Below, in pieces: positions 35,680-47,730 of a DNA stretch of 64,000 bases (its first letter is position 1; every line of letters starts with the position of its first letter). Position numbers and translations under genes: made by a program. The DNA comes from Nemertoderma westbladi (Eukaryota; Animalia; Xenacoelomorpha), in contig JAUCBJ010008627.1 of assembly GCA_032718475.1 (NCBI GenBank), positions 1 through 64,000 on the forward strand. The letters are read 5' to 3'. A model generated the notes under the pieces. That model was not told where the DNA came from, ran no database searches, and saw only the letters and a program-made list of their open reading frames with translations.

Positions 35680-37600
35680 TCAATCGAGCCGAATCATACC
35701 GATTGAGCCGAATAGAACCAATAGAGGTGATCAAGCCGAGTCGAGCCCAATCGAGCCGAACAGAGCCGAGTTGAGCCCAATCAAGCCGACTCAAGCCAGA
35801 CTGAGCCGAGTCAAGCCCAATCGAGTCGAGTCGAGCCCAATAGAGCCGAGTCGAGCCCAATCAAGCCTAGTCGAGCCAAATTGAGCTGGACTGAGCCAAG
35901 TTGAGCCAAATCGAGCCAAGTCAAGCCCAATCAATCCCAATCGAGCCGAGTCGTGCGAATTGAGCCGAATCAAGCCCAATTGAGCTAAGCCGAGCCGGAC
36001 CGAGCCAAGTCGAACCCAATCGAGCCGAATCAAGCTGAGTCGAGCTGAGTCGACTCAGACCGAGCCGAGCCGAGCCAAGCCGAGCCGAACCGAGCCGAGC
36101 CGAGCCGAGCCGAGCCGAGCCGAGCCGAGCCGAGCCGAGCCGAGCCGAGCCGAGCTGAGCCGAACCGAGCCGAGCCGTGCCGAGCCGAGCCGAGCCGAGC
36201 CGAGCCGAGCCGAGCCGAGCCGAGCCGAGCCGTGCCGAGCCGAGCAGAGCCGAGCCGAGCCGAGCCGAGCCGAGCTGAGCCGAACCGAGCCGAGCCGAGC
36301 CGTGCCGAGCCGAGCCGAGCCGAGCCGAGCCGAGCCGAGCCGAGCCGAGCCGAGCCGAGCCGAGCCGAGCCAAGCCAAGCTGTGCCGAGCCGAACCGAGC
36401 CGAACCGAGCCGTGCCGAGCTGAGCCGAGCCGAGCCGAGCCGTGCCGAGCCGAGCCGAGCCGAGCCGAGCCGAGCCGAGCCAAGCCCAGCTGAGCCGAAC
36501 CGAGCCGAGCCGTGCCGATCTGAGCCGAGCCGAGCCGTGCCGAGCCGAGCCGAGCCGAGCCGAGCCGAGCCGAGCCGAGCCGAGCCGAGCCGAGCCGAGC
36601 CGAGCCGAGCCGAGCCGAGCCGAGCCGAGCCGAGCCGAGCCGAGCCGAGCTGTGCCGAGCCGAGCCAAGCCAAGCCAAGCCGAGCCGAGCCGAGCCGAGC
36701 CGAGCCGAGCCGAGCCGAGCCGAGCCGAGCCGAGCCGAGCCGAGCCGAGCCGAGCCGAGCCGAGCCGAACAGAGCCGAGTCGAGTCGAGCCGAGCCGAGC
36801 CGAGCCGAGCCGAGCAGAGCCGAGCCGAGCCGAGCCGAGCCGAGCCGAGCCGAGCCGAGCCGAGCCGAGCCGAGCCGAGCCGAGCCGAGCCGTGCCGAGC
36901 CGAGCCGAGCCGAGCCAAGCCGAGCCGAGCCGAGCCGAGCCGAGCCGAGCCGAGCCGAGCCGAGCCGAGCCGAGCCGAGCCGAGCCGAGCCGAGCCGAGC
37001 CGAGCCGAGCCGAGCCGAGCCGAGCCGAGCCGAGCCGAGCCGAGCCGAACAGAGCCGAGTCGAGTCGAGCCGAGCCGAGCCGAGCCGAGCCGAGCCGAGC
37101 AGAGCCGAGCCGAGCCGAGCCGAGCCGAGCCGAGCCGAGCCGAGCCGAGCCGAGCCGAGCCGAGCCGAGCCGAGCCGAGCCGAGCCGAGCCGAGCCGAGC
37201 CGAGCCGAGCCGAGCCGAGCCGAGCCGTGCCGAGCCGAGCCGAGCCGAGCCGAGCCGAGCCGAGCCGAGCCGAGCCCAGCCATGCCGAGCCGAGCAGAGC
37301 CGAGCCGAGCCGAGCCGAGCCAAGCCGAGCTGAGCCGAACTGAGCCGAGCCGAGCCGTGCCGAGCCGAGCCGAGCCGAGCCGAGCCGAGCCGAGCCGAGC
37401 CAAGCCAAGCTGTGCCGAGCCGAACCGAGCCGAACCGAGCCGTGCCGAGCTGAGCCGAGCCGAGCCGAGCCGAGCTCAGCCGAGCCGAGCCGAGCCGAGC
37501 TCAGCCGAGCCGAGCCGAGCCGAGCCTAATCGAGCCAAACTGAGCCGATCAAGCCAAGTCGATCTAAATCGTGCCCAATCGTGCAAGACCGAGCCGAGCT
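35680..37600. repeat. (GCCGA)n pentanucleotide satellite: degenerate to ~36055, nearly pure to ~37525
   Basis: Direct reading; it explains the SARLG/AEPSR pseudo-ORFs. Confidence 0.97.
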
Positions 37601-40600
37601 CGTTGTCTCTTTTATTTGAAATAAAAAGTCGGTTCCTTATCGGGCCGCTAGGCCCGTCACTAGTTAGGAACCGAGAGGTTCATTACTGTAAGAATTGCTC
37701 GAGACTGGCTGGCTGACTGACTGACTGACTAATCTACAGCCAAAACTACTCTAACGATTTTGATGAAATTTTCACAGCGGCTAGATACCGCGATTCTAAG
37801 GTCCCTGGTATGTTCCGCTATTTCGTCCATGAGCCGTGGGCTCGAAAAATAGACATAAACGAAAAAACGCCATAGGCGCAATGGTAAAATAACACCCATG
37901 ACAGCTGGTGTCGTGATGAAAAATGGCTTATGTAATGCATTTCTACAGAAGGCTTAGTAATAAATCGATGAGGTTGCCAAGATTATTATACTCAGTACAC
38001 CCATACTGTTTGTATAGGCCACCACTCTCTGTCAAAGCAAACATTATGAACTGGCTGGTTTAGTTTGAAATCTAATATCGCCTCAGCTGAATTACTCTTC
38101 CCAATGCAATCTATGGGAATATCTCACTCTGCTAATGTAAGCTGAATGACTGTTACGTACACAGTGAGTTGGCTACATTAATGCCAACATTATTGCAAGA
38201 TGTTTTATTGTTGGATTACTCTCTGTCAGTCTCCCCTTCAGAACATTGTATAGGGAATTTAGTTTAGTTTACTCTACTGTGCCATTCAGCTGAATGGATT
38301 TGAGCAATTGCCAAGTTACAGAGTTGGATCATTCTCTGACCATAGGCAAAGACATCAAATCTTTTTAAAAATATACTTTTTCCATGTTTTTTTTTCTGAC
38401 CAAAAATTTCAAAAAAAATTTTTTCGTAGCCAGTACTGCCAATCGATTCGCCATCAAAAATAACGCAAAAATTTTTTTTTGCAAAATTTTAAATTACTGT
38501 AAATTTTTGGCGACTGGGGGGGGGGGTCAATTTTTTTCGATCCGCTATAACTCCGGAACGCTTTGTCCAAATTCGATGGGGTTTTCATTTTTCAACTTAA
38601 TTCGATGTCCTCTTTCAGCCTATCCATGTTTCCAAACCCCAAACAGCGCCGTTCAAAATTTAATTTTTTCTAGTTCTAGAATTTTACAAATTTCAAAAAA
38701 GTTGCAGTATTTTATTAACGCCTTTACGGAATTCGATAGCGTTTTCGATTTTTATATTAAACGCAATATCCTGAATCTCACTAGCCTAGTTTCGCGTCAC
38801 CAACGCCAAGACTTCATACTTTTTGAGGATAATTTTTCTAGAATAATTTTCATTTAATTACATTTATCGCGATTTCTTATTACTGGTTGCACATGAATTG
38901 ATGGAGTTTTCAATTTATTAACTAAACACGATATCGCGCATCGCACCAGCGTGGTTTCGAAATTCCAAAACGAGGTCTTCACTAGTTGCAGGTCGATTTT
39001 GTTCTAGAATTGAGCAACTAATAATAGATCGAATTTATTAATAATTATTGTATGAAATATGATTGTATTTTTACATAATTATTAGTTCTATACTAATTCT
39101 CGTTGTCTCTTTTATTTAAAATAAAAAGTCGGTTCCTTATCGGGCCGCTAGGCCCGTCACTAGTTAGGAACCGAGAGGTTCATTACTGTAAGAATTGCTC
39201 GAGACTGGCTGGCTGGCTGGCTGACTGACTGACTGACTGATCTACAGCCAAAACTACTCTAACGATTTTGATGAAATTTTCACAGCGGCTAGATACCGCG
39301 ATTCTAAGGTCCCTTGTATGTTCCGCTATTTCGTCCATGAGCCGTGGGCTCGAAAAATAGACATAAACGAAAAAACGCCATAGGCACAATGGTAAAATAA
39401 CACCCATGACAGCTGGTGTCGTGATGAAAAATGGCTTATGTAATGCATTTCTACAGAAGGCTTAGTAATAAATCGATGAGGTTGCCAAGATTATTATACT
39501 CAGTACACCCATACTGTTTGTATAGGCCACCACTCTCTGTCAAAGCAAACATTATGAACTGGTTGGTTTAGTTTGAAATCTAATATCGCCTCAGCTGAAT
39601 TACTCTTCCCAATGCAATCTATGGTAATATCTCACTCTGCTAATGTAAGCTGAATGACTGTTAAGTACAGTGTGTTGGCTACATTAATGCCAACATTATT
39701 GCAAAATGTTTTATTGTTGGATTACTCTCTTCAGTCACCCCTTCAGAACATTGTATAGGGAATTTACTTTAGTTTACTCTACTGTGCCATTCAGCTGAAT
39801 GGATTTGAGCGATTGCCAAGTTACAGAGTTGGATCATTCTCTGACCATAGGCAAAGACATCAAATCTTTTTAAAAATATACTTTTTCCATGTTTTTTTTC
39901 TGACCAAAAATTTCAAAAAAAATTTTTCGTAGCCAGTACTGCCAATCGATTCGCCATCAAAAATAACGCAAAAAATTTTTTTTGCAAAATTTTAAATTAC
40001 TGTAAATTTTTGGCGACTGGGGGGGGTCAATTTTTTTCGATCCGCTATAACTCCGGAACGCTTTGTCTAAATTCGATGGGGTTTTCATTTTTCAACTTAA
40101 TTAGATGTCCTCTTTCAGCCTATCCATGTTTCCAAACCCCAAACAGCGCCGTTCAAAAAATATTTTTTTCCAGTTCTAGAATTTTACAAATTTCAAAAAA
40201 GTTTCAGTATTTTATTAACGCCTTTACGGAATTCGATAGCGTTTTCGATTTTTATATTAAACGCAATATCCTGAATCTCACTAGCCTAGTTTCGCGTCAC
40301 CAACGCCAAGACTTCATACTTTTTGAGGAAAATTTTTCTAGAATAATTTTTATTTAATTACATTTATCGCGATTTCTTATTACTGGTTGCACATGAATTG
40401 ATGGAGTTTTCAATTTATTAACTAAACACGATATCGCGCATCGCACCAGCGTGGTTTCGAAATTCCAAAACGAGGTCTTCACTAGTTGCAGGTCGATTTT
40501 GTTTTAGAATTGAGTAACTAATAATAGATCGAATTTATTAATAATTATTGTATGAAATATGATTGTATTTTTACATAATTATTAGTTCTATAATAATTCT

Positions 40601-43386
40601 CGTTGTCTCTTTTATTTGAAATAAAAAGTCGGTTCCTTATCGGGCCGCTAGGCCCGTCACTAGTTAGGAACCGAGAGGTTCATTACTGTAAGAATTGTTG
40701 GCTGATTGATTGACTGGCTGGCTGGCTAATCTATAGCCAAAACTACTCTAACGATTTTGATGAAATTTTCACAGCGGCTGGATACCGCGATTCTAAGGTC
40801 CCTGATATGTTCCGCTATTTCGTCCATGAGCCGTGGGCTCGAAAAATAGACATAAACGAAAAAACGCCATAGGCGCAATGGTAAAATATCACCAATAACA
40901 GCTGGTGTCGTGATGAAAAATGGCTTACGTAATGGATTTCTACACAAGGCTTAGTATAAATCGATGAGGTTGCCAAGATTATTCACTTAGTACACCAATA
41001 CTGTTTGTTTAGGCCTTAGGACACTCTGTTAACTGGTTGGTTTAGTTTGAAATCTATTATTGCCTCAGCTGAATTACTCTTCCCAATGCGCACTCTATGG
41101 GAATATCTCCCTCTGCTAATGTAAGCTGAATGACTTAAGTACACAGTGAGTTGGCTACATTAATGTCAACATTTTTGCAAAATGTTTTATTGTTGGACTC
41201 TCTGTCAGTCTCCCCTTCAGAACATTGTATAGGGAATATACTTTAGTTTACTCTACTGTGCCATTCAGCTGAATGGATTTGAGCGATTGCCAAGTAACAG
41301 AGTTGGATCATTCTCTGACCATAGGCAAAGACAGCAAATCTTTTTAAAAAGATACTTTTTCCATGTTTTTTTTCTGACCAAAAATTTCAAAAAGATTTTT
41401 TCATAGCCAGTACTGTCAATCGATTTGCCATCAAAAATAACGCAAAAAATTTTTTTTGCAAAATTTTAAATTACTGTAAATTTTTGGCGACTGGGGGGGG
41501 TCAATTTTTTTCGATCCGCTATAACTCCGGAACGCTTTGTCCAAATTCGATGGGGTTTTTATTTTTCAACTTAATTCGATGTCCTCTTTCAGCCTATCCA
41601 TGTTTCGAAACCCCAAACAGCGCCGTTCAAAAATTAATTTTTTCTAGTTCTAGAATTTTACAAATTTCAAAAAAGTTGCAGTATTTTATTAACGCCTTTA
41701 CGGAATTCGATAGCGTTTTCGATTTTTATATTAAACGCAATATCCTGAATCTCACTAGCCTAGTTTCGCGTCACCAATGCCAAGACTTCATACTTTTTGA
41801 GGAACATTTTTCTAGAATAATTTATTAATAATTATTGTATGAAATATACTTTAGTTTACTCTACTGTGCCATTCAGCTGAATGGATTTGAGCGATTGCCA
41901 AGTACAGAGTTGGATCATTCTCTGACCATAGGCAAAGACATCAAATCTTTTTAAAAATATACTTTTTCGATGTTTTTTTTTCTGACCAAAAATTAAAAAA
42001 AAAATTTTTCGTAGCCAGTACTGCCAATCGATTCGCCATCAAAAATAACGCAAAAAATTTTTTTTACAAAATTTTAAATTACTGTAAATTTTTGGCGACT
42101 GGGGGGGGTCAATTTTTTTCGATCCGCTATAACTCCGGAACGCTTTGTCCAAATTCGATGGGGTTTTCATTTTTCAACTTAATTCGATGTCCTCTTTCAG
42201 CCTATCCATGTTTCGAAACCCCAAACAGCGCCGTCCAAAAATTATTTTTTTCTAGTTCTAGAATTTTACAAATTTCAAAAAAGTTGCAGTATTTTATTAA
42301 CGCCTTTACGGAATTCGATAGCGTTTTCGATTTTTATATTAAACGCAATATCCTGAATCTCACTAGCCTAGTTTCGCGTCACCAATGCCAAGATTTCATA
42401 TTTTTTGAGGAAAATTTTTCTAGAATAATTTTTATTTAATTACATTTATAGCGATTTCTTATTACTGATTGCACATGAATTGATGGAGTTTTCAATTTAT
42501 TAACTAAACACGATATCGCGCATCGCACCAGCGTGGTTTCGAAATTCTAAAACGAGGTCTTCACTAGTTGCAGGTCGATTTTGTTCTAGAATTGAGAAAC
42601 TAATAATAGATCGAATTTATTAATAATTATTGTATGAAATATGATTGTATTTTTAGATAATTATTAGTTCTATACTAATTCTCGGTGTCTCTTTTATTTA
42701 ATAAAATAAAAAGTCGGTTCCTTATCGGGCCGCTAGGCCCGTCACTAGTTAGGAACCGAGAGGTTCATTACTGTAAGAATTGCTCGAGACTGGCTGGCTG
42801 ACTGACTGACTGACTGACTGACTGACTGATCTACAGCCAAAACTACTCTAACGATTTTGATGAAATTTTCACGGCGGCTAGATACGGCGATTCTAAGGTC
42901 CCTTGTATGTTCCGCTATTTCGTCCATGAGCCATGGGCTCGAAAAATAGACGTAAACGAAAAAACGCCATAGGCGCAATGATAAAAACACCAGCTGGCAC
43001 TCATGAAAAATGGATAGAGATAGCCTAGTAATACTATTCTATAGGAATGGCCACCTAACAAGGAAATGCTTTCTTTGCCAAGTATTATCCTCACTCTACA
43101 ACTCAGACAGTAAGCAAACAAAAGCCGTGGGATTCTAATGTATTACATCATAAGCTGATTGCTCTCCCAATAGCCCTCACACACTCACTGAATCGAATGA
43201 AATCGTATATCTATTAGCTTAATGCGAATAGCTGGTAAGCTGAATGCCATTTTAGTTATTGTGTACTGTTGATTGCAGAGTTGACTGCTATGTTGTATGT
43301 ATTTAATTAAAATAATTTTCGTAGAGGGAAGTTAATTTGGGATTACTTTCTATCAGATGTAAGCAAAGCTGTTCAATGGGGTAGTA

Positions 43387-45372
43387 TATATGTTTATTGA
43401 CGTATTTTTTCCAAGAAATAATTTTACGGCACAGAATAACTAATTCAAATTGAAATTGAAATTATACAGACCAACCATTTACAAATAAACAATTACGGCA
43501 ATAAAAAATATCGTCCAATTATTATGACTTCAAATACAAACAATTTAATCCTAATTAATATAATCTAAACTAATATAATCTTACCTAATTTAATTAATCC
43601 ATACTATCTAAAACACGCTCTATATACTTACACATTACATACAATTCCTTACTCTGAAAAAATTCCGGTAATGATGAAAAAATAAGATTGGTGTGAAAAT
43701 AGGGGGTAACACGAAACGGTTTGGAAATGGGACAATGAAGGAGAACGTGTGTCTCTGTCTGCACCGATTGGTTATCACAGCGGCACACACGGTTCTCTCT
43801 CGGCAGCCTTGACCACCTTCCAGTCTCAATTTTCAAATTATGGGACATAACTCTCAATCGAGTAAAATAAATACGTAAGTAATCCGGCACAAAAGGTCTC
43901 AGACATGTATATATTGGATGCGGAACTAAAGCAATGTTAAACTGACTACGGTAGGTTACAAACTTTGTAGCTGACAAAGGTTTAGACATAATTCTACTTC
44001 GTATCTCATCCAGTGGATTGATGTTATCTGCAAAATGTTGTGCCTCAGTTAGCATTCGGAAACCTGGTGTATTCGCGCTTCGGCATAGATTAAACACTTT
44101 GTGAAAAGGTAACTCTTTATCTACTACTTTAAACATTCTACTCATAAAACGTTTCCTCGCTCGCATAATTAAATACTTCAATGTGGGAGTACCAATTTCT
44201 ATTAAGCAAACATCTGTAGGTGTCTGGGACCTAACACCAAGTAAACTTTTCACCATTCTGTAATAGTATTTCTCTATTTGTACAGTATTTTTTGATAACC
44301 AAGCTTCACATCCGTAAATCAGGCCGGACAATACAGCAGCGTCAAATACACGTTTCTTAATAACAAACGGCAAACTGGTATTTGCACTCGCAAAAATACT
44401 AAATTTATTTACCGTTGCCTCGCACTTTAACTGATGCAAATTAATTGTACTATGCACACTACCATCTGAACAGAAAGGTACACCCAGATATATATAACTA
44501 TTACAATAGTTAACAACAAGGTTATTAATAACAAAGGGCATTTTATCACTAGCCTTGGCATTGATGACGAAGAACTTAGTTTTTTTCTCATTAATTTCCA
44601 TACCTGACTCCTTGCAGTAGTCAAGTAAAGCATTTAATTTCAACAATGCACAATGCCGGGTAGTAGATAAAATTACCGTGTCATCCATTAGCAGTAATAT
44701 TTGGACTACACCTAAAAACCCATCACTGCTCACGGCAGAGCGAATCATATGCACCAATTTATCTATATATATACAGAACAGTACAACACTAGATGGCGTA
44801 CCTTGACGGACACCAATAACAGTAATCAAAACAGCCGATTTTAATACATGCTTAGTACACTTATATATTGCTTGTATGGCTAATAACATAACCCTCCCGC
44901 AACCTAGTGATCTTAAACAATTTAATAAACCATGCCGCGGAACTCGGTCGTAAGCCTTTTTAAAATCAACAAATACTACAAACAATTGTTGTTTATTAAA
45001 CAAAGCATAGTCTATAAGTAGGCGCAGCGACATTATTTGCTCTAAACACCCCCGCTTTGGCTGCCCTCCAGCCTGACATTTATCAATCGTACACCATTTC
45101 GTTAACCTATTCGTAAGTAACAAATCATACACTTTGGCAAGTGTCGTAATTATAGAGATTCCTCTATAATTACCACACATTTTACGATCCCCCGACTTAA
45201 ATAAAACAACTAACTTACTAATTCCCCATGCGATAGGATACCAAGATCTGCTAAACAGAATATTAAATAATGACAGAAAAAACAATAACCAAGACGCTGG
45301 TAATGCTGTGAAAATACCCGGGTCGACTCCAATATAACCTTTCCCTGTTTTTAGGTCTGCCATCGCTTCAGC
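43387..45372 (-). mobile_element. 5'-truncated RTEX-like non-LTR retrotransposon with an open RT frame (stop at 43594), inserted into an array unit
   Basis: RT motifs NYRGIS, FVDFKKAYDRV, GVRQG, LLMDDTV and YLG; C-terminus RLRVMSHNLKIETGRW...CRC...ETHVLLHC. AATAAA at the 3' end, TAGTA at both junctions, and host unit sequence resumes at 45373. Confidence 0.88.
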
Positions 45373-45814
45373 TAGTACATTATGCATGGCAAACATTAAT
45401 AAAATCATTCAGTCAACCTGGACGGTATTTGCTTAGTTAACTCTACTGTGCGAAAAACGAATTTATAATGTTACCCATACTTCAGGTGAATGAATTTTTA
45501 GATATTTGTACTGAAGGCAAGGATTTCTGATATAATTAAAATACAAGACAGGGGCTTGTTTCGATATATGTAGTTGCGCCCTTCTAGCAGCACGTGAGAT
45601 AATCAAATAATAGACACAATGTTTGACTTTGTCCCTTCGAGCAGCACGTGAGTTTTGCTTTGACCCTTCGATATATATGTATTTGCGCCCTTCGAGCAGC
45701 ACGTGAATTACATCAAATAATAGACACATTGTTTGACTTTGTCCCTTCGAGCAGCACGTGAGTTTTGCTTTGACCCTTCGATATATGTATTTGCGCCCTT
45801 CGAGCAGCACGGGG

Positions 45815-46410
45815 AGTCGACTCAGACCGAGCCGAGCCGAGCCGAGCCGAGCCAAGCCAAGCCAAGCCGAGCCGAGCCGAGCCGAGCCGAGCCGAGCCGA
45901 GCCGAGCCGAGCCGAGCCGAGCCGAGCCGAGCCGAGCCGAGCCGAGCCGAGCCGAGCCGAGCCGAGCCGAGCCGAGCCGAGCCGAGCCGAGCCGAGCCGA
46001 GCCGAGCCGAGCCGAGCCGAGCCGAGCCGAGCCGAGCCGAGCCAAACCGAACCGAGCCGAGCAAAACCGAACCGAGCCGAGCAAAAACCGAGCCGAGCCG
46101 AGCCGAGCCGAGCCGAGCCGAACCGAGCCGAGCCGAGCCGAGCCGAGCCGAGCCGAGCCGAGCCGAGCCGAGCCGAGCCGAGCCGAGCCGAGCCGAGCCG
46201 AGCCGAGCCGAGCCGAGCCGAGCCGAGCCGAGCCGAGCCGAGCCGAGCCGAGCCGAGCCGAGCCGAGCCGAGCCGAGCCGAGCCGAGCCGAGCCGAGCCG
46301 AGCCGAGCCGAGCCGAGCTGAGCCGAGCCGAGCCTAATTGAGCCAAACCGAGCCGATCAAGCCAAGTCGAACTTAATCGTGCCCAATCGTGCAAGACCGA
46401 GCCGAGCTCG
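45815..46410. repeat. (GCCGA)n satellite, nearly pure
   Basis: Direct reading. Confidence 0.97.
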
Positions 46411-47034
46411 TTGTCTCTTTTATTTGAAATAAAAAGTCGGTTCCTTATCGGGCCGCTAGGCCCGTCACTAGTTAGCAAGTCGTTAGACTTGATTACTGTA
46501 AGAATTGTTGACTGACTGACTGGCTGGCTGGCTGGCTGACTGGCTGGCTGGCTGGCTGGCTGATCTACAGCCAAAACTACTCTAACGATTTTGATGAAAT
46601 TTTCACAGCATCAAGATACCGCGATTCTAAGGTCCCTGGCATGATCGGCTACTCCGTCCATAGCCTCTGGGCTCGAAAAATAGAGATAAACGAAAAAACG
46701 CCATAGGCGCAATGGTAAAATAACACCAATGACAGCTGGTGTCCTGATGAAAAATGGCTTATGTAATGCATTTCTACACAAGGCTTAGTAATAAATCGAT
46801 GAGGTTGCCAAGATTATTATACTTAGTACACCCATACTGTTTGTTTAGGCCCTAGGACACTCTGTCAAAGCAAATATTAACTGGTTGATTTAGTTTGTGG
46901 TTCTACACAGGCTTAGTATAAATCGGTGAGGCTGCCAACTGGTTGGTTTAGTTTGCAATCTATTACCGCCTCAGCTGAATAACTCTTCCCCCTGCTGAAT
47001 GACTGTTAGGTACAGGTTATTGGCTACATTAATG

Positions 47035-47730
47035 CCAACATTAATACAGTGGAAGCTGTATGCTTATAAGGTGGAATGTTTACTCAGCCTTATACTGATA
47101 CTCTGTAAGGTTAAGACTAACATTATAGTTTGAAATATAAAAATCACTTATTATTATCTGTATTGGGTTAATAATCACTGTGGCATTCAAAATGTTTTAT
47201 AGGTGATTGACATTTAGTGCAAGCTGAATGACTGTTAGTTACAGAGTACTACAGTACTGCACTCTTATTTTATTTTTAAATCTTTCGTCCAACATTAATA
47301 CTTTGGAGGTTGTATGCTTATAAGGCGAATGTTTACTCAGCTTCATACTGATACACTGTAAGGCTAACACTAACGTTATAGTTTAACACATAAAAATCAC
47401 TGCTTATTATCTGTATCAGGTTACATACTGTGGCATTCAAAATGTTTAAATGTTTTATAGGTGATTGATATTTAGTGCAAGCTGAATGACTGTAGGTTAC
47501 AGAGTACTATTGCACTGTATTTTATTTTTAAATCTTTTGGCCAACATTAATACTGTGGAGGCTGTATGCTTATAAGGCGGAATGTTTACTCAGCCTCATA
47601 CTGATACTCTGTAAGGCTTACACTAACATTATTGTTTGAAATATAAAAATAACTGCTTATTATCTGTATTGGGTTAATCACTGTGGCATTCAAAATGTTT
47701 TGTTAGGTGAATGACATTTAGTGGCTAAGA
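47035..47730. repeat. Three diverged ~253-bp tandem repeats inside the variant unit 46472-47980
   Basis: ccaacattaatac..tgga.g.tgtatgcttataagg recurs at about 47035, 47289 and 47541. Confidence 0.8.

Noticed and set aside
37641-37656. Hairpin CGGGCC-GCTA-GGCCCG as a rho-independent terminator
   Set aside because: The context is eukaryotic and there is no U-tract; it is better explained as the 3' stem-loop of the rolling-circle element.
35921-37716. Long SARLG/AEPSR repeat proteins (also 45713-46574 and 50327-53966)
   Set aside because: Translations of a stop-free 5-bp satellite that is open in several frames on both strands.
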